Assembly (NCBI GenBank): GCA_009103225.1 | Contig: RHPI01002402.1 | Coordinates: 124,001-188,000 of the forward strand | DNA length: 64,000 bases | Source of the DNA: Chlorokybus atmophyticus | Taxonomy: Eukaryota; Plantae; Mesostigma and Chlorokybus algae | Direction of reading: 5' to 3' | Shown here: one piece after another, positions 1-12,954 of the stretch | How positions within the stretch are numbered: position 1 is the first letter of the stretch | How the letters are laid out: each line of letters opens with the position of its first letter | Made by a program: the position numbers and the translations under genes | The notes under the pieces: generated by a model | Told to the model about the DNA's origin: nothing | Seen by the model: only the letters and a program-made list of their open reading frames with translations | The model's database searches: none

Positions 1-950
1 TTATTTTAAGATGCACGGTATATCTCTTCATAGCAACATGCAAAAATCATCAAATGGCTACCAAGTTAACAGCTATTGTATGAAATAAACTTAAGATAAG
101 GTAGGCCTATCATGGTGTATGACATGTCCTACTACTTCATAGTATGCAAACTTGTTGACAAGCACACCGCCGCCAAGCGTATGTTATTACCTCTCTCTCT
201 TTATGGATACATATGTTTCGAAAGGTGATTCCTTCAATCAACATAGAATGTGCAAGTAGCGCATTTACCTTGCGGTACCGCACATATGCAAAAAAATCTT
301 GTTGCAATAACCTCCTTACGTGCACATCTGATGCTGCAAAACAGGGAAGTGTTTCATCGTGAATGAAATAATATGCTTTAAGTTCATGCTTACGAGGACT
401 TTTTTATCAAGATTAAGGTATAAAAAGCGTGTTATCATTCATGTATATATAATCGATTGATGACATCTTTGATACACCTGTTAAAGCCTCCCTGTAAGAT
501 GCACAAATGGTTTTACCGGTGCTTAGATGGATTGTGCAAGTGCTCACGTAGGGTAGTCATCTGGTTTGTTTGCCCAATGTGTGCCCATGCAGACATCGAG
601 TTTGTGCATAGACAGAGTGCATAGAGAGCGGTTAGACAGTTCAGTAACAGTACACCTTATCACAAGCCTTGTCACACTGTACTATGCAGGGTACATCCAT
701 CTTCGTACCCGCGTTTTCTTGCAGGGCAAGCCGCCGGTGCGTCGCGACGCGCGACTCGCGTATTACTTAACGCGCTGCGTAAGCCCCCGTTGCAATGCGC
801 CGCCTCACTGCACTCCATTGGACGAACGCCACGCTGGCCTTTGGCAGTGGTAGCTTTCTAGCTTGAAGCTAGCTTGAAAGCTTGTAGCTTAGCGGCGTCA
901 ACCTCGTTGCTGTCATTGTTGTCGTCGTGGCTGTTAGCGCCGCCATCGCC

Positions 951-3900
951 ATGCGTGACCTGGATAGGGGTGGGAGTAGGAGTGGCTTCAGGGGTGGAGG
1001 GATGTGGCGGCCTTCGCTGGTTCGTTTGCTCCTGCTGCTAGGGCTGGAGCTGGTGGTGCTGAGAGGCAATGCCGTCCACGCCGCCGACAATGGCGGCAAG
1101 GTGGCCGGCGCCTACAGCCCGCACAAGGACGACTCGCAGGCACTCATCAACAACAGCGTAATTTTGGCAAACCACACTGTACATGTCGAGGGCCAGATTC
1201 ATCGTGTGCATGGCTCACGCACATGCACAGACGCACACATTGATCTCTTGCATGCAGCGACGCGTACCCACAGCCAAATGTCAGTACCTGAGCTTTCACA
1301 CAAGCACATTACAGAAGCTCTAAACTAACCACCGACACGTTCCCACAACACTTTCTTGTGTCAACACCCTCACTCCAAGCTGCCTCCTCATCGTCACACT
1401 CACTCACCTCTCCACTCTCCCACCCAGGCCGCATTCACCATCAACTCCTTTACCACCGACTCCTCCTCCTCCTCGTCCTTCCTCACCTTCGACGCCTTAT
1501 CCTTCCCCACCCAAGCCTCTTATCTCGCTGACCAGCTCGTCCGTCTCATCCCCGGCATCGACATCAACGCCGTCGACGAGACAGCCGACCTGGTGTCATG
1601 CCGGGTCCCAGCTGATAGGGTTGGGGAACTGAATGGGGTGACAGCGCTGAAGTTTGCGACGCCGGCTATCATGAGACAGATGAATAATGATGGGAGAGGG
1701 GCGGTGGTGACGCAGGTGGGTGTGGGTGTGCGTGCGTATGTGCCTGGTTTCGCGCACGTGACCGCATGAATGTTTTGTGTACGTGTGCGTGTGCCATTGT
1801 GTGTGTACGTGTGCACCTTTGTTTTATGCGCATGTGCGCTTGCCAGCTAGAGTACATGCATATATGTGAGTGCATAACCGGGTTGGCCTCACTTGTCTAA
1901 CTTGTGCAGGGAGATGCGGCAATGAGACTGGATGTGCTTAGGGAAGCTGTGAGGGGTCTGGATGGGAGAGGCGTCAAGGTTGGGGTCGTCTCGAACTCGT
2001 TCAACCGTTACGACCCGGTACAGACAGACACATACTTACCATAACACTTGCATATGTCTGATATGGGTACTCTGCGCTCGCAAGCTCACTACTCGCTGGA
2101 GAGTGATGAGTGTTGTTATCTTCTCCTCTGTGTGCTACTGCAGGACTACTACGATGGTGTTGGCACCACCGCACGGCAAGACTATAGTGAGTCACAACAC
2201 ATATCGTATGTCCCCCTTCCAGCAAGTAGTAACACTTGGTGACACCTTCTTGGATGACACATTCAGGAAGTACATGAAATCTTGAGCAAGACATGATTCT
2301 TTCAACGCAGGGTCAGGAGATCTTCCCAGGGAGGGCGTCACCGTTCTGAAAGACGCGAAGAAGGAGTACCTGTGGTCGGATGAAGGGCGCGCCATGCTGC
2401 AGATAGTGAGTACCAGTTTGGGTTTGATTTCCATGTTGCGTCCAAGTTGCGTGATGCGCATTGTCAGTGGTCACACAGTGAAGCGATGACATGTTACCAA
2501 CCTCGTGACTCTGGCAGGTGCATGACTTAGCACCCAAGGCCTCCCTTTACTTCCACACAGGTGAAGCACATGCATACACAACTTTCGATATGCGCATGAC
2601 AGTGCAAAAGCCTGCGTACACCCTCGTGTGCACACACGCGCGCGCGCGCGCACACCTACCCACACCCGCACGCACACATTCGGGCACGCGCGCGCATGTG
2701 CACAAGAGCCTGCACGCTGTACGCATCCCATCAACACATGTGCGCGCGAGAGTACGCGCATGCGCGGGAGAGACAAACACTAACCACACCAACAACATTT
2801 GCAGGTGTTGGCGGTCAGGCGATGCTGACGCGTGCCTTTGATCGGCTTACAGCCGCCGGTTGCAACGTGATTGTGGTACATGGTACATCATGATGAACAT
2901 GAAGAATGTATACTATCACACTTGTGTTCAGCACCACAATATATGCATACATACACATCTTACGTTTTATAACCCCTGCTGTCATAGGACGACATCAAGT
3001 ATTACTTTGAGGCGTTTTACGAGGAGGGTCCCGTGGCTCAAGCGGCGGGTCGGGCGTTCGCCAACGGCACCGCGTGCTTCACCGCCGCGGGCAATGACGA
3101 CAGGCAGGCGTGGGAGACCACGCTGTGGCAGGAGGATCGAGACGGGTTCTACGTGTTTGATGATGGAAGGAACTATCAGACCTTCAGCATAGCAGCTGGG
3201 GACGAAGTGGCCTTTGTGTTTCAATGGTATGCTTGCTGTGGATGCGAGAGTCTTACTGTCTCTATCTCAATCACTTGATGAGATGCAGTCACTCACTCGC
3301 TCTCATGCAACAGTCCCACACACGCAGTCACACTCAATTTGCTCACTCTGTCGCACACTCACCCACTCCTCCGTGAGTCAGTCATGCAGTCCCTCAGGCA
3401 CACAATTACTTACTCCCTTTGCTCAGACACTCGCGTGCGTGCGCGTGTGCACATGTGTGCGAGTCACACACAGCCTGCCTCTCGCTCACACTCATGTTGC
3501 TTACTTTCTCACACACAGTCACCCACTATCTCAGACAGTCAGTCATCCTGTCATGTTCACGAACTAACTCACTCACTCGCTCCTTGCGCACTCACTAACT
3601 GACTCACTCACCAACTGACCCTCATCAGTGCACGTTCGCTTCCTCACGCTTTCAGTCACTCACCCAATGTGGCCTTCAGGGATGAGCCCTTCACCAACTG
3701 CCAGATCGACCTCGACATCTTCCTATCCCAGGACGGCCACACGAAGCCCGTCGCCCTCGACACCGCGAACAACATCGGCGGCCAGCCCGTTGCCTCGATG
3801 TCGATCGGCAACAGCGGCACATCCGACACAACATACAGGCTGAAGATCCAGCGCGTGAGGAGCGAAGGGGAGAGGCGTTACCCGGGGAGAGTCAAGTATG

Positions 3901-6628
3901 TGTTTGTAAGTGGTCTCGGGACAAGCGGGCCAACGTCGGATCTGAGCCATGCGTTCGCATCGTCGATAACGGGACATGAGAACTCGCCGGTAGAGTTTAC
4001 GGTCGGCGCAGCGTAGTAAGTGGTGTGTGTGTGTGGGTGTGTGCGCGTGCGTGTTGTGTCGCGTGGGTTGATGTGTGGTTCTGTTGGTTTTCAGTTATAA
4101 GCAGACGCCTGCCTTCGGGACTGGGGTAGCCTTGCGCCAGGCATACTCGTCAGCGGGAGGTGGCACGCCGCTCTTGTTCAATGCGGATGGGGCGCGCTTG
4201 TCTACTCCAATCATACCCAAGTGAGTTGGGGTTTTAACCGAGTCAGTCACTCAGTCACTGCAAGTGTGTGTCTCTTTCTTCTCCTCCACCCTAATGCGGT
4301 CTTGTTGTGTCCAGGAAGCCGGACGCGTGTGCACCAGGTTTGTTGACATGTGCCCTCTTCACCTTTATATGTGCTGTGTGCTAGGTTGATTACTAACCAC
4401 TGTACCCGTTGTGCAGATGGGGTCGACACCACTTTTTTTGGCTCGCGCGACGAGGACAACAGCGGCTACCCGGACTTCTTTGGCACAAGCGCAGCAGGTA
4501 CGCACTTACTCTCAACATTTTTGTGCGTGTGAATACTACCATCATAAATCACAACAACAAACCATTCCTACCTGCGTGCAGCTCCCCACGCGGGGGGTCT
4601 GGCGGCGCTGCTTCTCCAGGTCCGGCCCGCCTTCGCCCCCGCCGCGCTGTACGACCTCATGCGCCGCACCGCCGACGACATGGACGACGAGCGCACGCCC
4701 GACTTCGACTACGGCTACGACAACGCCACAGGGTGAGGAGCTGAGGGGGGGGGACTTACTTAGCAATTGAATGACCCGACTGAGGTACTGAGTGAGGTCG
4801 TGAGTGTCTGATACTCACGGTATGAGACATGGTGTGTCTGAGGGACACCAAGTCTCTCAGACATTGAGTAGGATACATCGTCTCAGTGCCACTTGGTGTT
4901 TCAGACACTGAGCATGCTTGATGTCCGTCACTCAGGCACGAAGTGTCTCAGTGACTGACACCAAGTTTCTCAAACGCTGAGTATGAGACAGTTAGGCTCT
5001 GTCACGCAGTGCGGACCGAAGTGACCAACTCATCGAATCAATCTCACACCCAAATAACTATGGGATGACAATTGTGCACCCAGTGACTCACCACTAACTC
5101 CCTCTCTCACGTCCATCGACTATCCCGCACGCATCAGCCGACAACCCCTCACACATCTCCCCAACCACAGGTACGGCTTCCTGAACGGGCGGAGCGCATA
5201 CACATCAGCTCGCTGCCATTCAACATGTGGATCCAAAGTCCTCGTCTATCCTTTCCACCTCGACCGTGGCTGCGGTCCCTCCTCCTCCTCCTCCTCTTTC
5301 CGTCTCGTTTGCCGTCGCACTGCCTCCGGCGGCACCCTCAAGCTCGCGACGCCGTCGGGACTGTATCGGATAGAGGCCTTCGGGCCCAATTACCTGCTGC
5401 TGGCGGATGTGAATGGACAGCTGGCGGCGTACGGGTGCGGGGGGAGTAGTGTGGGGAAAGGTTTTGAGGTGAGGGAGAGGGAGGGGTGGGAGGTGAATGA
5501 GGGGAATGTGGTGATGGGGTACGGACGAGATGAAACAAGTGAGTGGAATGCTTGTCAGATGGCTTGATACACGCTCATGCATGCGAACACACATGTGCTG
5601 TCCTGTCCAACAAACGCACACACACTCGCACGCACACACATGCTCATCATGTTGTGACATTGACTCAACTACTTGTAGTGTCCTTCACTTCGTATGGGGC
5701 TGATGGGAGACTTCTCAAATCGGCATCATGCGTGTCTTCTGTCTCCTCGTCGACCCCGAGCTATGTCAACGGCACGCAGGGCGGCTGCTCTGTGCCTCTC
5801 TCCTACCCCACAACACGCGTACTCTACTCCTCCTCCACCTCTTCCCCCTCCTCATGTGGTGGCGCCAACATTCTCTACCCCCCCGCCGTGCGAGACTCGC
5901 TCATCACGCCCGCCAACACAGCCAGCAACTACTTCGTGCGCGTCGACTACGTGTTCGACAACATCCCGCCGAGGCCGTTCGCGTCGCAGGCGTGCGGGAG
6001 GGAGTTTTGGGATGAGTATTTGTGCAGGTGGCCTGAGGGGGTGGAGGGTATGTTGCCAACCACACCTGTGAGAGATGCAATGGCTCGAGCGGGTGAGAAT
6101 AATGATGGCGATAGAGCTGCCGTGGACCGCAAGTTCTCCCGCACATTCACACTTCTCCAGGCGGTGTCCCGGCGCCCTCCAACAGGCAATGTTGTGAGTA
6201 CTACTTCACTATCTTTGATTGTGTGAATGCGTATGTGCATGTCCATGTGAGAGCGCGCGCGTGTGTGATGTTTGTGCAATGGTGATCTGTATTCATTGAC
6301 ACTGCGTTGCACAGGCGTTCTACAACCTAGCGGGTGAGGCCGCAGCGGCGCTGCTCAACGCTTATCAGGTCAGATACAACGGGTATCCTGATGATGTGAG
6401 GGCCCTCTTCATTGCCGCGCTCGCATCGGGTGCTGACGGTACGTTCAACAAGTGTTATTGTTGTTGGGTCGAGTCGTGCGGGTTTTGTGGTGTTTTGGTG
6501 TATTGGTGTATTGGTCGTCATCATGACATGCTATGCTTGCAGTGGCCGATGCGACGGCGCGGTTTTCTGCGCTGAACAATGGTGGATTTTGTCCGTTGAC
6601 ACCGTGCCAAGGAGATGAGCGTAGATAG
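951..6628 (+). CDS. Secreted S53-like/subtilase-fold serine peptidase with C-terminal extension (about 17 exons; start at ATG 951 or 1002)
   Basis: Exons splice in frame at GT-AG: ~951-1157, 1428-1715, 1910-2016, 2139-2186, 2311-2406, 2518-2560, 2805-2873, 2988-3226, 3680-4015, 4095-4220, 4315-4337, 4417-4498, 4581-4732, 5171-5469, 5679-6194, 6316-6438, 6543-6628 (internal bounds approximate). The protein has a hydrophobic signal (MWRPSLVRLLLLLGLELVVLRG), VVTQGDAAMR, GLDGRGVKVGVVSNSFN, SDEGRAMLQIVHDLAP, DDIKYY..GPVAQA..FTAAGND, KKPDACAPDGVDTTFFG, FFGTSAAAPHAGGLAALLLQ and GYDNATGYGFLN. These match the bacterial S53-like peptidase pattern as I recall it. Confidence 0.9.
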
Positions 6629-7866
6629 GTTTGATGCAGTACTGTTGTGTGAGCGGAAGTGAAGCTGAAGGCCTTACTGAGTAATGAAGTTTATAGGTTT
6701 GAAATAAACATGTATATACAGTCAGATACGATGCACTGTGCAAGTAGTATCAATAATGGTTCTGTCGGGCTTCTGCGCCTCTAAAGTAATAGTAGTTTTC
6801 AGAGAAAACAGAGGGCGTTAGTTTGGAGCCTTATATCATGAATGACTCTGCTCATAGCCCATCCGTGGAGTGTTATATGTGTAACGGAGCATCAATGCTG
6901 ATGACCGCGTCGCCAGTTGGCATACTTACTTACCAGAGCGCGGGTGCATGACTTTGCAGTTGCAGCTTGCTGGTTCAATGTCCAGTAACTAGCACATGGG
7001 TATATGTCAAGTGCAACAATGTTGTTGACTTTATCAGCCTGCCTATGTCAGGGTCGATCTGCTGGCGAGTTTGAGATGGTGCATGTATGCGTGACACTAG
7101 CATACCTCATGGACACTACATGAGGCGCCTTGCAGTTCGCCCACCAAAATACACTTTCATGGTTTTAGCCAACTACAGCGTATGTGACACAAACATCATC
7201 ATTAGTGTCAATCTTACTTTACATATACCGTGGCCGCAGACTGAGCACAGGTAAGTACTTTGGCTTTATCAGGTCAATGTGGTGAAGAAGAGCACTGATC
7301 ATCTCGACCACGCACTACCTAAGTCGCTATCATGAGCGGTCAGGAAGACACAAGTAGTAGGTAGTGTGCACCTAGCCCGGTGGTCGTGATAGAGGTGAGT
7401 GTGGTGATGGTCAGTGTCTATGCATGTGTTGTGCATGTTGCATACATCACGTGCATATTCTGTACACTAGTAGTAGCGTACTCTCATGTCAGCAAGCTCT
7501 AGGCCTCACTGGCCTGCATTTGCCAACGCCAGCTGCAGTGTTGATCGTAACAAAATCCACCGCTATGAGTCGAGCGCTAAATTACATCACTGCAACTACT
7601 TTTTCCCAGACAACCAACACGACATCCTGTGCAATGCAAGGACTCCTCCAATGCAGCAGACACGCAAGCCTGAACTTACAGGCAGGTGCTGCGCATGCTG
7701 AACAGCGCAAAACACAGCATACTGTACACAATGTTTACAACCTTCACAGCAACGTTACCTGCCAACGCACTGTTGGCCTGGCAACTACCAAAATATATGA
7801 CCGGGATTTCAGACCTGAATTCGAGACCTCACATTGCTTTTGCTACAACCCACTGTTGTCCTCTCA

Positions 7867-8795
7867 TCACCTGTGACCCCGTTGCTGTTCCCTTGGCCGA
7901 CTCTCTGAATTGTACAACTCAGAGCTGCAAATGCAGAATGCACAAGGTCAGAAGCAACACAACAACAAAATCCTTGCAGAAGCAGTTTTAAATTGATGTA
8001 CGTCATTGACAAATGTTGCATACATGCAGTAACCACCGTGCAGCAGCGCCAGCCCGACTGTGCCGAAGAAGAGCCTGTTGCGAAGGGTTGGACTGTGGCG
8101 AAAGCCAATGCGTACTGTCAAAGGACAAAACAGCAGACGTGAGACGAGTGTTCAGCAGATATCATGCGCAGCGCTGCTGCATAGGTAGCATCTGCTTTCC
8201 AAGAGATGTTGAAATGAGCGCAGAGAATTGCACTGACTTAGTCAATCACACAGCCCAGCAAATCTGTAACTTGACACTATTGATGTGCACTGTGGTCTGA
8301 AAGGCATGTCATGCTGGCATAATGCATGCAACTGTGCATGGAAGCATATGTGAGCACGCAGAACGTTCCCCGCTGAACCACATAGTTTGCCGCACCGAGC
8401 ATTCCGTAATATATGCGCTATCAATGTTTGAAACTTACTCATTGGGATGATGGGAGCGTATATTAACGGCAGTAAATATACGAATGGGATGCTTTTAGTA
8501 GAAGTGCGTAGTCCGCCGCTTCCCCTGCAAGCAATGACAGTTGACAGGCAGTACCGCAGCCCACAGTTAACTGCTCGTACTGCATGCATGCCCTACAAGC
8601 AGCAATAGGGCACCAGCACAATGAAAGCAACCGGGCAACCGTCAGAAGTATATACCATTGCCCTTATAAGCATTGACGGTTACGCACAACTGGCATGCGA
8701 CCGACTGATCAGACAGAAACACAGCACCCACAAGCAAAAACACTCAAATGGTCACTCGCTTACGCAGTCCCAGGCGCAGCGCCGTTTCCGGCCAT
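7867..8795 (-). CDS. Small (~88 aa) conserved membrane protein of unknown function
   Basis: Four exons (8795-8764, 8524-8439, 8114-8024, 7924-7867) with matching phases give MAGNGAAPGTAGSGGLRTSTKSIPFVYLLPLIYAPIIPMIRIGFRHSPTLRNRLFFGTVGLALLHGGYCISELYNSESRPREQQRGHR*. The LIYAP.LP.IRI..RH.P.LR.RLF motif resembles uncharacterised land-plant small proteins (from memory). Confidence 0.8.
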
Positions 8796-9487
8796 ACGCC
8801 AACACCACCGCCGCCGCCGCCGCCGACACCGCCACAACCAGCAACAGAACGCTGCACTACCCGCACCACCCAAATGCACAAATTGAATATTTTCATTGCA
8901 GATATCAACCACACCACTAGGCCCCCAAGCAAACCGACTTGTGCATCTCAGCTCTAGCGGCCGTCCGATTGTATTGCCACTCTGTCATCGACGGCAAATT
9001 TGCCGTCCATCTAGGCAGGCAGCTCAATCAAGCTAACCGCTGTTGGAGAGGGGCCCTCTCAGAGAGAGGGCGGTTCACCAGCTGAGAGGCGCCGATATCG
9101 GCCCCGACTGCGGTTAGCCAACAGCGACGTCCGCCAAGCGGCGGATCTGCCGGGTCGGATCGGTCCTCAGCAGCGTCGCGCGGTGCGGTTGCTATAGGAT
9201 CCCCGCGCCCGGGCGGCGCTGGCTGCCCTCCGGGTGGCACTGTCGACATTGAGAGCGGCGCTGTCGTCATCCCTATCGTGCTGGTCATCATACTAGGCCA
9301 GTGCTATTGTCGTTGTCGCTGAGCTTACTGCGTGTGGGTGCCTGGTAGAAGCTGCGAGTTGCGAGCTAAAGCCTACTGTGCGGCGGCGGGCATCAGGTGT
9401 GGAGGCTTGCTACTTGGTTGGCTGCTTGGTAGAGTGAGCAGAAGCAAGCCAGACAGAACTTTCACAGCAACGGTGGAGAAGGACAGG

Positions 9488-10667
9488 ATGGACAGCCATG
9501 CTTCGCACGCGCCGCCTCCACAGCAGGAGATGGGCAGGCTGGACAGGTTGACGCAGTGGGTCGTGCAGAACAAGCTGCGGACCGTCGGTAAGTGCAAGCT
9601 GTTGCTGGTACGGCACGTTTATGACGAATTGATTGAGTTTATGAACTCTGATTGTGTCACTCGCTGCTTTCCGTCTTCGTTTCACGTCCTTACTGTCAAC
9701 GAGCAAAGCGTAAGTAGGCCTGCTGTCAAGCTAGGCGGGTGATTGTGAGAAAGTAGCTTTCATCTCCGTTGTCGCGGCCATGGCGCCGTTTCGAGCCAAA
9801 CGGTTCCAACTTTGGCTTGAGTTAGTGGCAGAGGACTTAAACCAGATTGTGTCCGCGAGTGGTGGGTGTTGTTAGCCAAGGGTAGGTAAACATAGATAAG
9901 ATTCGGCTGTTCCAAGGAAAAATACTGCCAGCGAGTTGCAGCAGTTGTAATCAGATGGACAGACGGACAGGCAGGCTGAACTTTTGTTGTTTTTCGTGCG
10001 TGTGTTTACTTGTTAACGTCTCAACAAATCAACACAGATGCCGATCCCATAACATGACCGGAACCATTGATGCCAACATTGAGTATAAGTGTTCTAATAA
10101 CCAAGTCTTGCTGTCGCGGTGGTGTGAAGTTAGCTACAGGTCATTTGGTTGTTGGAGCAATCTATGTTGTCGTGGCAGTCCTGCCGTCGATGCTTCCATC
10201 GTGGAACTGCCCGAAGCGTTCATGACATCCCACTAGTGCATACCATATTCCACCAATACATACCATGTGCGCAACGCCCCATGCATGCATAGTGTGTGCC
10301 CTGTGGCTAGTTGGGCAATACATCTAAGCGCAGGAAAGAGTTAACCTTGGCGTTGTTGGCAGGTTTGATTTGGGCCACCGGCGTTGCTGGAACCCTTGCG
10401 TATGAATTCAGGCAGAAGCATATTCCCAACAGTGTGAAGGTCATCCATGCGCGGTATGATGTGTGTTGCACTTCGCAGACAGCACTTGACGTCGCTCACT
10501 CTCACGTTGTATTACTGGGGCCCACGCTTGTGTGTTTGTTATGCAGTGTGTATGCGCAAGCAATCACACTCGGAGCGTTGGCCGCTGCTGCGGCGGTTGA
10601 GACATACAGCGCGCACACGAGGGAGGTGGTCAAGCAGGCCGAGGAGCAGCAAGGAGGGCCGCAGTAG
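9488..10667 (+). CDS. HIGD: Hypoxia-induced gene domain protein (HIG_1_N, Rcf1/HIGD family, mitochondrial inner membrane)
   Basis: Exons 9488-9587, 10363-10453 and 10547-10667 give ...QWVVQNKLRTVGLIWATGVAGTLAY..SVKVIHARVYAQAITLGALAAAAAVE, the plant HIGD signature. Confidence 0.92.
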
Positions 10668-11660
10668 TGCTGTCAGGGTTGGGACGGTGCATTGCGTGTT
10701 GCTTGTCACAATGAGCCTCATGGCAGATACTTTGTACAGTTAGTGTCGGTTAGCAGCTGCTGAGATTTGAGTAGAACTGTTTGTGGCTAGAGATAAGTGG
10801 CAGTGTGGTACATTGCTTGTGAAGTTGAACTTGGTGGCGGGATAGCTGTTGCTATTGACATAGACACATATATACAGTCCGCATTGTTTGTACAATCATG
10901 CAAGCAACTGGCTCACATATGATGACTACGGCAGATTGTTGACATGCTATTCTCTAATAACACCCACACTCGAGTACTTCTCGCCCATTCATGGTGAAGC
11001 ATATTTGCATTTCACAACCATGTCAACTGTCAAGGGCTGTACACGCGATCACTAATAGTCCGATTCACGGACGCTGGATAGCTGGCAGCTGATATGGTCT
11101 TCAACTTTGGTCGCCTGCATTATCACCTTCATGACATGAATTGCGTGAAAGCAAGCTTCAAGGGCGGTAGCAATGCAACTGCAGCAAATGCAGGCGAGAT
11201 AGGCACAAGCGTAGAGTAAGTGGGCGACAAGACATTATTCGCAAATAATAAACTGTGCAATGAGAATACTTTGCCACAAGCTTCATATCTGCATCACCTA
11301 AAACATTCAAACTGTGCCTCACCACATGCACTACTTGAAACCTGAGCATACACAACCACAAGCAAACTGAGCACGACTGCAAGATTGAGTTGTCTGGCTG
11401 TGCCCAAGTTAAAACCTATCACAAAGTTTGTGCTGACGCTGGGGGAAATACCGCGTACCCATGACTTTGCACCCACAGCAAGTCAAGGGAGGGTTACTAC
11501 TTGAACAGGCCAGAAGGACCACCCTGCACACAACACGGAGGCTACTACCTGTCTACCTATAGCTAACATGTAACTTGCACGCAAAGTGCACAGTGATAAA
11601 CTGCCATGTGGCAGCACACCGCTGTGTTTGACCCATACAAGCACAGTATGCAGCGTGACA

Positions 11661-12758
11661 TCAGCTCCTTAACGTCCCATCCGACTCATCTGGAAATGAT
11701 ACGCATCTCAACACACTGCAGCGCTCACACATCAACACCCCTGCCTGAGAGCAGAAAGTTGTGGTCACAACAAAGAGACACTCGAGCCGATTCTGAACTG
11801 ATGCAAGAAGCCATGCAAAGAGGTCATTACCGCCTTGCACTGCGGACACCGTCGGTAGAACTTGGATTTCCCGGGCAGCTTGACATTGACTTTCTGCCCG
11901 TGACAAAAGTCGCATATCAGCCAGCCGGTGTCTTGACAACGCTCACACACTACCTCCCCATCCCAAGACCTTACCGGAGGCGGAATCGAAGCCTGCAGCT
12001 TTTCCACAAAGCCAACATTGCGGTTAGTATGCTATGCACTGATAAGATGCTTGAACCACAAGTGAAACCGCAGCTGTGACGGCCGTAGCTAAGGCTCCAC
12101 TTGGGTTCTTTACTGGCTTGCATGCGTGTGCATATGCACAATGCGTGCAGATTGTACTTGCGCGCGTGGTGTGTGTGAACATGGGAGAGTGGGTCATGGA
12201 ATGTAATGCAGTAACACCATTTTCTGTGTGCAAATGCACACCAACTGCAGCAGGCACTGCATAGCAGAGAGATCATATTACAACATGGACGATGAAACTG
12301 CATGACAATGATCCAGTTGAACATGAGAGAAATTGCTGAATACAACTGACGGCATGCAAGGCTGTTCTGCAGTCAGAACTAGTCAGCTATAGACAAGCAA
12401 ACCACAACATGCTTGGTTCCTCTGACTCCAAAGCAACTCATTTTTTCTGACAGGCAGATAACTCAGTGCCACAGCAGCTGGCGACAGTTCTTGGATTAGA
12501 CACTACGCATGCTACATATTTGTGTTCAGAACCTCAACAAACAGACAGATAGAACTAGACACGTACCTCATCTGTTGCACTGCAAGCCACCTCTCGCCTG
12601 CGGCAGCCTTTCCGACTCCTACCCAACGCAGGCGGCGGCAGGCTGCTGCTGCAGCCGCCGGTAGCAGCCCTCGCTGCTGGTAAAGCTGACGGCGGCGCAC
12701 GCACCACCTCAGCCACCCCAACCACCGGCGCCGCCACCGCCACCGCCACCGACCACAT
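11661..12758 (-). CDS. Plastid-targeted DnaJ-type cysteine-rich zinc-finger protein (no J domain)
   Basis: Exons 12758-12567 (Ser/Ala/Arg-rich transit peptide), 11992-11831 and ~11744-11661 give CERCQDTGWLICDFCHGQK..YRRCPQCKAAGVLMCERC..CVSFPD, i.e. four CxxC pairs. Confidence 0.85.
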
Positions 12759-12954
12759 TGCCACCACTGCTGCAGCACTCCTTCGCTTGCAAACCCTAAA
12801 CTTGTCGCTGCTGTTGCGAGTGTTGCGAGCGATGTGAGCAATGTCGCTGGGCTTGTCCATGGCATGGTTGAGGGCGGCGGCGGTGGCGGGGATGGGCTGA
12901 GCTGTTGCGGAATAGGTGGTGTGGGCGAGGTCGCGGTTGTCGCTCGCTGGCAGC

